Shown here piece by piece: positions 7,141 through 16,921 of a stretch of DNA of 16,921 nucleotides; positions within the stretch are counted from its first letter, which is position 1, and every line of letters starts with the position of its first letter. The notes under the pieces were generated by a model. That model was not told where the DNA came from. It did not search any database and saw only the letters and a list, made by a program, of their open reading frames with translations. Both the position numbers and the translations under genes were made by a program. Source of the DNA: Thermoplasmatota archaeon (GTDB taxonomy: Archaea > Thermoplasmatota > Penumbrarchaeia > Penumbrarchaeales > Penumbrarchaeaceae); NCBI GenBank assembly GCA_049472275.1, contig JBLIRL010000049.1, positions 1 through 16,921 of the forward strand, written 5' to 3'.

Positions 7141-9135
7141 CTAGGCCGCTTCCGCCTCTTGTGCTTCCTGCTCGTCCATCCTGCTCAGGATGTCCTCCTT
7201 GAGCTTCCTGGTCCTCTCGCTCTGCTCCCCGAGATCGACGAGGTCGACCCCGAGCTTCTCGGACATCAGAAGGAGCATGAGGTTCTCGAAGGCCGAGAAC
7301 GATCCGTTCTCCTCCTTGCCGTTGGAGACGACCATCCTCGGGACGATGTCGATCTTCCCCTGCTCCACGGCCTGAGCGAACCTTTCGATGGACTGCTGGA
7401 GCACCTGGTATCTCGGTCCGCCGTAGGCCCTGACCTTCTCCTCGATGGCGATCGCCTGGGCGACACCGATCCTGGCCTCCTTCTCCGCGTTCGCGTCGGC
7501 GAGGGCTCTGATCTTCTCCGCCTCCTGGAGCGATCTCTCGTAGTCCGCCTTACCCTTGTTTTTCTGTATGTCGATGAAGACCTGGGACTCCGTGAGGGCC
7601 CTCTGCTGAAGGGCAAGGGCCTTTGCCTCGTTGAGCTCCTTCTCCTTCATCGCCGCCTCCTGCTGCCTCGCATAGGTCTCGAGCTGCTCCCTGGCGATCT
7701 GCCTGTCCCTTAGCTGCACGAGGATCTGCTCGATCCTCCCGTCGTTCTCGGAGGACGAGGGAGTTCCGATGAGGACCTCCTCGAGTTCGAGATCGTAGTG
7801 GAGGAACTTCTCCCTCATGTCGTTTGAGGACTTGTCCTGGATCTCGTTGCGCTCCTGGATCAGTTCTATCAGGGTTTTGGTCTGTCCTATGTTCTTGAAA
7901 TAGGCCGCGACCATCGGATCGAGGGTCTGGTCGACCAGCTTCTTCACGTCGCCGAACCTCTGGATCACGAGCGGTGCCTTCCTGTAGTCGATGTGTATGA
8001 CCACCGAGAGCGGCAGCTCCGGCTCGAAGGCGTCCTTCGTGATGAGGTCGACGGCCGAGAGGTTCTCGTCGAGCTTGTGATTCCCCGTCTCGTTCTTGAT
8101 CCACTTCAGGACGATGTTCGTCGTCGGGACGAGTATCACCTTTCCCGCGTAGGTGTTGAAGGGATACTTGCCGGGCATCAGGGCATCCTTCCAGACACCC
8201 TTGTGGCCCACGTCCACGAGCTCGCCGTGCTTGTAGTCCGCACCGGAGGCGTCCTCCCCCTTGGAACCGAAGTAGGAGACCACCACGCCGACATATCCCA
8301 CGGGGACTACCGTCTTCGGGATGATCTCCACAGTGGCGAACAGCCTGTTGATGAAGTATGTTCCGTCCACGAGGACCTGGTACTGCTTACCTCTCTTCCC
8401 GCCCCCCGAAAGGAACCTCTCGGGGTCCTGGAAGTTGTCGTGGTTCATCTTCGAGTCGGGTACGTTGTCTCCGACCTGCGGGGCAATGATCTCTCCCGGT
8501 TTCAGCGGGGGCCCGTCATGGGTCGTCACGATGCCGATGGTATCCGACTTCCCCTTGATCACGATGGGCCTGAAGCCGTCCCGGACCGAGATCAGCTTTG
8601 CCATCTTCCTGAAGGTGGCAAGGTCATCTTGGTCTATGGGCAGGTGGTATATGTCGTCCTCGAGGATCACGACGAACTGGGCCAGGTTGATGGCGTATGT
8701 GCCTTCCCTGATGATGCCCCTCTGCGGCCCTCTCTGACCTCCGTTCTCGAGGAAACCCCTGACATTCTGGAAATAGGTGCTCTCATCGATCACCCTTCCA
8801 AGGGTCTGTTTCGGTTTCAGCGGCTCTCCGTCCCGGGCGAACACGTAACCGATCTGCCCCTGCGGGACGGTCACAAGGGGGACCTTGTGGACCTTGTACT
8901 TCGCAGGCGACCGGAAATGGATGCCGCCCCGTAGAACCTCCGGTTGATAACCGGCTTCCCCGTTCAGTGCGATGATCCGGTTCTTCAGGGATCCCTTTGC
9001 GGACCACTTCATCTCGACCACCGCACACTTGTTGTTGGGGATCAGTCTGAATCCCATCAACCACGCAAGAATCAGGATGGCCGATCCAATACCGATCGCA
9101 CCGAACACTAAAACGGCCAATACCGTACCTATCAT
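7141..9135 (-). CDS. SPFH/band-7 (flotillin/YqiK-like) membrane-microdomain scaffold protein, 664 aa. N-terminal TM anchor, beta-rich SPFH region, long Ala/Glu/Gln/Lys-rich coiled-coil (flotillin) region, acidic C-terminus.
   Basis: N-terminal TM is MIGTVLAVLVFGAIGIGSAILILAWLMGF. The coiled-coil segment reads 'LETYARQQEAAMKEKELNEAKALALQQRALTESQ...ADYERSLQEAEKIRALADANAEKEARIGVAQAIAIEEKVRAYGG'. SD GGAGGTGA lies 8-15 nt upstream. Confidence 0.85.
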   Translation of the reverse strand: MIGTVLAVLVFGAIGIGSAILILAWLMGFRLIPNNKCAVVEMKWSAKGSLKNRIIALNGEAGYQPEVLRGGIHFRSPAKYKVHKVPLVTVPQGQIGYVFARDGEPLKPKQTLGRVIDESTYFQNVRGFLENGGQRGPQRGIIREGTYAINLAQFVVILEDDIYHLPIDQDDLATFRKMAKLISVRDGFRPIVIKGKSDTIGIVTTHDGPPLKPGEIIAPQVGDNVPDSKMNHDNFQDPERFLSGGGKRGKQYQVLVDGTYFINRLFATVEIIPKTVVPVGYVGVVVSYFGSKGEDASGADYKHGELVDVGHKGVWKDALMPGKYPFNTYAGKVILVPTTNIVLKWIKNETGNHKLDENLSAVDLITKDAFEPELPLSVVIHIDYRKAPLVIQRFGDVKKLVDQTLDPMVAAYFKNIGQTKTLIELIQERNEIQDKSSNDMREKFLHYDLELEEVLIGTPSSSENDGRIEQILVQLRDRQIAREQLETYARQQEAAMKEKELNEAKALALQQRALTESQVFIDIQKNKGKADYERSLQEAEKIRALADANAEKEARIGVAQAIAIEEKVRAYGGPRYQVLQQSIERFAQAVEQGKIDIVPRMVVSNGKEENGSFSAFENLMLLLMSEKLGVDLVDLGEQSERTRKLKEDILSRMDEQEAQEAEAA

Positions 9136-9152
9136 CTATCTCTTCACCTCCC

Positions 9153-9170
9153 TGGACCGTTACCGGTCCA
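9153..9170 (-). promoter_or_regulatory. 18-bp palindrome TGGACCG-TTAC-CGGTCCA (7-bp perfect arms) directly abutting the SD of the flotillin gene. Candidate operator or translational-control hairpin.
   Basis: Seen directly. The mRNA would read 5'-UGGACCGGUAACGGUCCA-GGGAGGUGAAGAGAUA-AUG. AT-rich TATA-like elements (TTATAA, TTAATTTTAATT) lie at 9185-9250. Confidence 0.4.
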
Positions 9171-9271
9171 TTACATGAAAGGAGGCATATGAGATTATAA
9201 GGACATTTTTGAATTAAAATTAATACATATGTGCATAAATGCAGGTATAATGGTCCAGGAATGGTTCTCTC

Positions 9272-10138
9272 TCACAGTTTGATGTTGTACAGCCTGTCAT
9301 CGAGCTTGGGCTTAAGCTCATCCTCCATCCTCTTGACGTTCAGCAAGGCCCCCGCTGCCACTATCAGGTAGATGATGTATTCGGGCACCCTTATGAGTCC
9401 CGCGAGCCAGCTGTTGATGGTAACGTCTTGCTGAAGTTCCTGGACGTCTTCCAGCTCGTAATCGCCCCTGTCGAGATCGATATCGTCGATGATATTGCCA
9501 GTGAGTGTGTAGCTTATCAGCGCACCGCCTATGGAGGTCAAGAAGGCCAGTCCGATGAACACGCCCAGAAGGGGCCTCCCCCATTTCTTCGCCGGCTTGA
9601 AGAGTATCATGGCGTATCCGACGGCCATCATGACATTGGGGATTATCGAGAAGAAGGCCATGATCCTGACGGTCTCGAAGAAATCCTTCATGTCCTGTCC
9701 CGTCAGTGTCTCGTCCGAGCTGCTCCCCATCAGCGGGACAACGGAGCTGAATACTGCCATTACCGCGATGATCACGGTTATAAAATAGGCGATGATGATG
9801 ATCACGAGCGATGTTATGACAAGCGTCCTGTGAGGCTTCTCGAGAGCGCCCGCACCCATCAGCAGAAGGATGTAGGCGGATATGCCCAGGCCCAGAACAC
9901 CGATCCCGAGAAGAGCGGGAATGCAGGGCACCGGTGAGGCGAGTATGGCCACGAGCACGCATCCGATGGCCCCCATCAGAAGGCCGATGCCGATCCTGGT
10001 CTGTTTGAGCTTCCTTCTCTTCACCTCTCCTGGTGATTCGGTATATCCTCCTCCCGGCATCGCGCCGTATCCCTGTCCCTGGTAGCCTCCCGGCGGCTGC
10101 CCCTGTCCTTGATATTGTGATCTAAACTGGTCCTCCAT
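9272..10138 (-). CDS. Polytopic membrane protein, ~288 aa. Gln/Gly/Tyr/Pro-rich low-complexity cytoplasmic N-terminus ('QYQGQGQPPGGYQGQGYGAMPGGGY') followed by ~5-6 TM helices. Yip1-family-like architecture; function unknown.
   Basis: Start placed at ATG 10138 (MEDQFRSQ...) because of SD-like GAGGGAG 7-13 nt upstream and TATA-like TTTTAACC/TTATTTAC 48-65 nt upstream. The ORF-track extension to 10258 begins with GTG and translates the AT-rich promoter region. Confidence 0.65.
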   Translation of the reverse strand: MEDQFRSQYQGQGQPPGGYQGQGYGAMPGGGYTESPGEVKRRKLKQTRIGIGLLMGAIGCVLVAILASPVPCIPALLGIGVLGLGISAYILLLMGAGALEKPHRTLVITSLVIIIIAYFITVIIAVMAVFSSVVPLMGSSSDETLTGQDMKDFFETVRIMAFFSIIPNVMMAVGYAMILFKPAKKWGRPLLGVFIGLAFLTSIGGALISYTLTGNIIDDIDLDRGDYELEDVQELQQDVTINSWLAGLIRVPEYIIYLIVAAGALLNVKRMEDELKPKLDDRLYNIKL

Positions 10139-10319
10139 GTTCTCTCCCTCTTTGCTCTCCCATGCGGGTATTTGGTTAAAAGAACCCCTGTAAATAACAC
10201 TTCCCAGGAATGCCATGCAAATTATACGGGGATTAAAAACCAAAAATTCCATTGCCACAATTTCTCCGGTGCTTCGGAATTTTTAAGTCCGAGATGGGCA
10301 TTTCATTTCGGGTCTTAAT
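10139..10319. promoter_or_regulatory. Divergent promoter region between the membrane-protein gene (minus) and the 408-aa gene (plus). TATA-like AATTTTTAAG at 10278-10287, about 33 nt upstream of ATG 10320.
   Basis: AT-rich 180-bp gap between divergently oriented starts. The spacing suggests a near-leaderless transcript for the plus gene. Confidence 0.35.
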
Positions 10320-11546
10320 ATGAAGAAGAGAAGAGGGAAGCAGCCTGTAAAACCGAACCGCGATGAGGCCATGAAGGAGCGCCTGATCTACCTCAAAGGC
10401 CTCCAGGGTTCCACCATGAACATACCGATAATATACCGCAGGACCTTCGGCTGGGACATGGATTCAGTCGTATTCAAACCGATCAACCAGAGGGCCTTCG
10501 TTGTCTTCAGACCGGACCTTGACGAGGAGGAGATCGATCTCTCCAACTACAAGGTCCTGAAGCTCGATATCGATGAGCTCCCGGTCTATTCGACAATGAG
10601 GAAGGAGATGGAGCAGCCCGATCCGGCCATACTCGAGGAGCTCCGGGAGAGCCTCGTATCCCTTTCCCTCGTCGATCGCTATGTTCACATCGACATCCCG
10701 AAGCTGGATGATACCTCCCTCAACTCTCTGCTCATGTCCGACCTCGAGCTCCTTTCTTCCGAGCTTGGATACTCATATTCCATAACACCCACTTCCCACA
10801 GGTGCACCTTCGTTTTCCCGAAGTACACGAACTCCCAGATCGTGACGAGGGCGAAGAACTCCATCGAGGGCAGCATCGGAGCCTTCCGCAGGCTCGTCAA
10901 CGACATTCTCGACCTTGACAAGGAGGCCCTGAAAGTGAGGATGAAGGAGGTCGGTTTCCTGATAAAGAGGGCAGAGGTGAATCTCGACAAGATATACACC
11001 AACGCCCTGAACATCCTCTGGGACCTGCCCCAGGTCGAGCCGGCGGGCTATTTCATAGTCTCCCAGTCCATAGAGAGGGTGCACGATGAGATGGAGTACA
11101 TGGTCCAGATAACAGATGAGGCGCTCGATCTCCTCGACAGATGTCCGGAGGGGGCGGACGAGGTCCTCTTCGAGGAACTCCTATCGGTATGGAGGAACTC
11201 CATTGGGAGGTCCATCCAGGGCCTCGAGCTCGGTCTTGAGGCTGTCGACATGCCCCCGGAAGAAGCTGTGGAGAGATGCCTGGAGATGATCCGCAGCCAC
11301 AGGGAGGAAAAGCTGAAGCGCTCGTCATCGCAGGATATCGTGACGGAGCAGTTGACCCAGAGGATAGAGGGTCTCACAATGAAGGGGGCGAAGAAGGGAA
11401 GCATGAAGATACTGACCAGCAGGGAATCGATGGCCGTGATACAGGTTCTCTTCGGTCTCAATCAGTCCGCTGCGAGGTTGAGCTCCATCACCAACGTTCT
11501 CGTGATCAAGACCCTGTACCTGAAGAGGACAGAGACATCCGGATGA
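10320..11546 (+). CDS. Hypothetical soluble (cytoplasmic) protein, 408 aa. No recognisable motif. Lys/Arg-rich N-terminus (MKKRRGKQPVKPNRDE), mixed alpha/beta character, acidic.
   Basis: Clean 1.2-kb ORF with coding-like composition. No TM segments or signal peptide. No antisense competitor of similar quality. Confidence 0.7.
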   Translation: MKKRRGKQPVKPNRDEAMKERLIYLKGLQGSTMNIPIIYRRTFGWDMDSVVFKPINQRAFVVFRPDLDEEEIDLSNYKVLKLDIDELPVYSTMRKEMEQPDPAILEELRESLVSLSLVDRYVHIDIPKLDDTSLNSLLMSDLELLSSELGYSYSITPTSHRCTFVFPKYTNSQIVTRAKNSIEGSIGAFRRLVNDILDLDKEALKVRMKEVGFLIKRAEVNLDKIYTNALNILWDLPQVEPAGYFIVSQSIERVHDEMEYMVQITDEALDLLDRCPEGADEVLFEELLSVWRNSIGRSIQGLELGLEAVDMPPEEAVERCLEMIRSHREEKLKRSSSQDIVTEQLTQRIEGLTMKGAKKGSMKILTSRESMAVIQVLFGLNQSAARLSSITNVLVIKTLYLKRTETSG

Positions 11547-11658
11547 CGGGATTCCCGATCACTTTCCTGCAGCTGCCCGATGCTTAAAATTTCGAGCTTT
11601 GCGCCGCATCCCATATATTAATCTGCAATTTCTCCAACGTTATCTTTCAACATGGGAG

Positions 11659-12723
11659 ATGCCTGATATGATGACGGAGAGAGGTCATATTTTCGGATGT
11701 CTCATGGTCGGCGTCCTGCTCCTTGCCGGCTGTCTCATTATGGTCGATAGCACCACGGGGATGCTCGCAGCCGACCTGACCCTCGATTTCTCGGTATCCG
11801 AGCAGCATGCCGAGATAGATCCTGACGAGGCTGCGACGGTCCAGTACCGGGGAACCGTTACCGCAAAGATCGTGAGCCTTCCCGCCGGACAGTTGATGGA
11901 GATCTGGCTGCGTCTGGAGAACGAGGATATCGACCATGAGTTCGATCCAGGGTATTTCCTCGTGACGCAGGAGTCGGTCGGAGAAGAGCTTCCCTTCGTC
12001 CTGAACGTCAATGTTGACACGGGCATCCAGTCAGGCCAGAACATCCTCGAAGCCTATGCCTTCTACAGCTACAGTCCCGGTATAATGGGGGGCTCCTCCA
12101 ACATATCAAAGCTCGTTCTCCTCGTTGACGAGTACAAGGACGGCCGGGTGGAATGTCCGGAAACCATAGGGGTCGACGAGGGCAGCATGGGTACGATAGA
12201 GGTCGAGGTCATCAATACCGGAAATGCATGGACCGAGTACGATCTTCTGGTGGAAGGGACATCGAGGGCGGAAACCAGTGGCATCCTCGTCGAGACCCAG
12301 AAGGTCCATCATTTCGGTCTGCACTTCGCTACGAGCGAGGAACTTCCGGTCAGCATCTACGTCGAGGACATCGACGGTGACACCTCGATAATGCTGACAT
12401 TCACCCTGTTCGACCATGAGAGCAGCATGGAATATTCGTCATGCCCGGTAATGATCAAGGCGATGGAGAAGGGAGGATCGCCCGACACCGATCGTCCGAT
12501 TGACGATGGGGATGCCGGTCCTGTCGATGGCAGCGAGAAGGATAGCGAAGATCCGATCGTTCCGGACGAGGGTGATGAGGATAATCCCGAAGGTCCGATT
12601 ATGGAAGGCTCCACATCCTTCGCCGGCGCATGGTTCGTCATACCCGCTGCGCTCCTCCTCATGCTCCTTGGTATCGGATCCTATTTATATATCTCCACGA
12701 GAAAGAGAGGAAAAAATGGATAG
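11659..12723 (+). CDS. Cell-surface lipoprotein, ~354 aa. Signal peptide with canonical lipobox (LLAG-C). Beta-rich extracellular domains (CARDB/DUF11-like segment 'GTIEVEVINTGNAWTEYDLLVEG'). Asp/Glu/Pro-rich linker. C-terminal TM helix plus basic tail (ISTRKRGKNG).
   Basis: ATG 11659 or the ATGs at 11668/11671 are preferred over the TTG at 11599. A TATA-like ATATATTAAT at 11614-11623 would otherwise lie inside the ORF, and GGGAG precedes the ATGs. The tripartite C-terminus (Ser/Thr/acidic, hydrophobic, RKRGK) resembles sortase-type sorting signals. Confidence 0.7.
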   Translation: MPDMMTERGHIFGCLMVGVLLLAGCLIMVDSTTGMLAADLTLDFSVSEQHAEIDPDEAATVQYRGTVTAKIVSLPAGQLMEIWLRLENEDIDHEFDPGYFLVTQESVGEELPFVLNVNVDTGIQSGQNILEAYAFYSYSPGIMGGSSNISKLVLLVDEYKDGRVECPETIGVDEGSMGTIEVEVINTGNAWTEYDLLVEGTSRAETSGILVETQKVHHFGLHFATSEELPVSIYVEDIDGDTSIMLTFTLFDHESSMEYSSCPVMIKAMEKGGSPDTDRPIDDGDAGPVDGSEKDSEDPIVPDEGDEDNPEGPIMEGSTSFAGAWFVIPAALLLMLLGIGSYLYISTRKRGKNG

Positions 12724-12734
12724 ATGTATCACAA

Positions 12735-12780
12735 CGGGTCGTCCTGCCCGTACAAGCCCCAGGGACGGCCCGACTTTTTC
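12735..12780 (+). terminator. Terminator for the lipoprotein gene: 10-bp stem (CGGGTCGTCC / GGACGGCCCG, one G.U pair) with an 18-nt loop, followed by CTTTTTC.
   Basis: Hairpin lies 12 nt after the stop at 12723, T5 run at 12775-12779. It sits between the convergent genes. Confidence 0.5.
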
Positions 12781-12787
12781 ATTCTAT

Positions 12788-16165
<3,378 letters not shown>

Positions 16166-16359
16166 ATCCAGGCCCCCTCGGGATCCCGGTCATGCCTTCC
16201 TTCGATATCGAAGCGGGAACGCGTGTATATAATCGGTCCATGCTCATGTGAAAGGATGTATGGGCCGATCGGGCCGTCTCAAACCATATTGGCATCTTAA
16301 AGGCCCTCTTCCTTCGATATGAGCGAACCGGCCCCCATATGCCATATATTCATCGATAG

Positions 16360-16430
16360 AATTTATGATTTTAAAAGTGAATTTTAATTGTAAAATATTC
16401 TTATAATTGCCAATACATTATCCATATTGC
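16360..16430 (+). promoter_or_regulatory. AT-rich promoter-like block (TTTTAAAAG, TTTTAATTG, TTATAATT at 16401-16408) immediately upstream of a GC-rich structured region.
   Basis: Sharp composition switch from <25% GC to >65% GC at ~16430. TTATAATT sits ~27 nt before the switch. Confidence 0.35.
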
Positions 16431-16690
16431 CGGGAAACCGGCCGGGGGGTGAAGGAAGTGAAAAGGAAGAGTCCAAAGGACCCGCATAATCATGCCTTTG
16501 TCTAACGGTCCGCACTCTCTCAACCGAGCAACACCGGTCGGGTGTGGACAATCCCATCCTAGTAGATAGGAGTAGGATCGGGCCCCGACCCCGGGGCCCG
16601 ACGGGGAAAGAGAGGAGAGAGAGGAGAGGCTTTGACGCCTCAAAACGGGCGGGGATATCGAGCCCTACCCCCGCCCACACTTCTTTTCAT
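16431..16690 (+). ncRNA. Candidate structured non-coding RNA of unknown class (~260 nt). Multiple perfect hairpins, terminal GC hairpin plus T-tract.
   Basis: No credible ORF. Hairpins: CCGG-GAAA-CCGG (16432-16443), GTCC-AAA-GGAC, ACACC-GGTCG-GGTGT, ATCCTA-(11 nt)-TAGGAT, TCGGGCCCCG-ACCC-CGGGGCCCGA (10-bp stem), a (GAGAG)n purine tract, and GGGCGGGG-(13 nt)-CCCCGCCC (16647-16675) followed by ACACTTCTTTTC. Confidence 0.25.
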
Positions 16691-16730
16691 AGGTTCCCGC
16701 CGAATCAGAATTTTTATAAGAACCTACACA

Positions 16731-16886
16731 ATGACCAACCCGGAGAGTGCTCATCTGTCCAGCAAGGTATATTTCGCGGGGCTTCGCGCCAGGACCGAGA
16801 AGGTCTTCCAAACGTCCTTCATCCACTCCGAAAAGTCGGAGTGCGATTCGGAGCGCCACTTCCAACTCCGAAGCACCAAACGGTGA
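16731..16886 (+). CDS. Doubtful 51-aa ORF (MTNPESAHLSSKVYFAGLRARTEKVF...). The N-terminus resembles the 'KVYF.D.RA' start of DUF362 proteins, but the ORF ends in a double stop after 51 codons and is packed with perfect stem-loops. It could be a gene remnant or part of an RNA element.
   Basis: TATA-like TTTTTATAA at 16708-16716. Hairpins CACTCCGA-AAAG-TCGGAGTG (16824-16843), TTCGGAG-(12 nt)-CTCCGAA (16847-16872) and CCAAAC-GGTGATAG-GTTTGG (16876-16895). Confidence 0.2.
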   Translation: MTNPESAHLSSKVYFAGLRARTEKVFQTSFIHSEKSECDSERHFQLRSTKR

Positions 16887-16921
16887 TAGTTTGGTGACAG
16901 CATAGGACGAGTGACACGACC

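Noticed and set aside
7993-8934. 313-aa plus-strand ORF antisense to the flotillin gene.
   Set aside because: Leu/Arg/Asp/Val-rich mirror translation of a clearly coding SPFH gene, with no start context.
10139-10258. Upstream extension of the membrane-protein ORF to a GTG at 10258.
   Set aside because: The extension translates the AT-rich divergent promoter region (MAMEFLVFNPRIICMAF...). The internal ATG at 10138 has an SD and TATA-like elements upstream.
11599-11658. TTG-initiated extension of the lipoprotein ORF.
   Set aside because: It would place a TATA-like ATATATTAAT inside the coding region. ATG codons with an upstream GGGAG follow at 11659-11673, and a signal peptide starts right there.
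16606-16630. Purine tract (GAGAG)n 'gaaagagaggagagagaggagagg', considered as a microsatellite or CRISPR-like repeat.
   Set aside because: Single short tract with no spacer-repeat periodicity. Probably a single-stranded linker in the putative RNA, or simple low complexity.
16384-16897. ORFs of 80-117 aa in the terminal non-coding region (16384..16680 -, 16401..16643 -, 16544..16897 +).
   Set aside because: Pro/Arg/Gly-rich translations of GC-rich hairpin DNA. No start signals. The region is better explained as structured RNA.

Overview
The window is about 57% GC and almost certainly archaeal. Evidence for that: a Sec11/archaeal-type signal peptidase I with SGSME(N/P) and HRVV boxes, TATA-box-like AT-rich elements 25-40 nt upstream of starts, purine-rich SD-like GGAGG/GGGAG motifs, and Cys-lipobox signal peptides. 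Almost everything encoded here is cell-envelope related; there is no obvious housekeeping gene. In order: (1) a 1383-aa type-I surface protein whose extracellular part reads DUF-type N-domain, seven SBBP beta-propeller blades, an FN3 domain and five ~100-aa Ig/HYR-like repeats, followed by a TM helix and a Pro-rich cytoplasmic tail. (2) A minus-strand pair joined by an ATGA stop/start overlap: a PD40 (TolB-like) beta-propeller lipoprotein and a small membrane protein with a GYF_2/DUF4339-like domain plus two TM helices. (3) Signal peptidase I. (4) A 664-aa SPFH/flotillin-family protein, ended by a clean hairpin plus T8 terminator. (5) A Yip1-like polytopic membrane protein with a Q/G/Y-rich N-terminal tail. 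(6) A divergently transcribed 408-aa orphan cytoplasmic protein. (7) A surface lipoprotein with both an N-terminal lipobox and a C-terminal TM/basic sorting-signal-like anchor. (8) An 1125-aa N-anchored protein built of very acidic thrombospondin-type-3-like calcium-binding repeats, whose DNA carries near-identical 40-55-bp intragenic direct repeats. The last ~500 nt contain no convincing CDS. Instead there is a promoter-like AT-rich block feeding a GC-rich, hairpin-dense ~260-nt element ending in a hairpin plus T-tract, which I treat as a candidate structured ncRNA. After it comes a tiny ORF that is itself packed with stem-loops. The long antisense ORFs inside the big genes are GC-driven artefacts. 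No CRISPR array, tRNA, rRNA or transposase was recognised.
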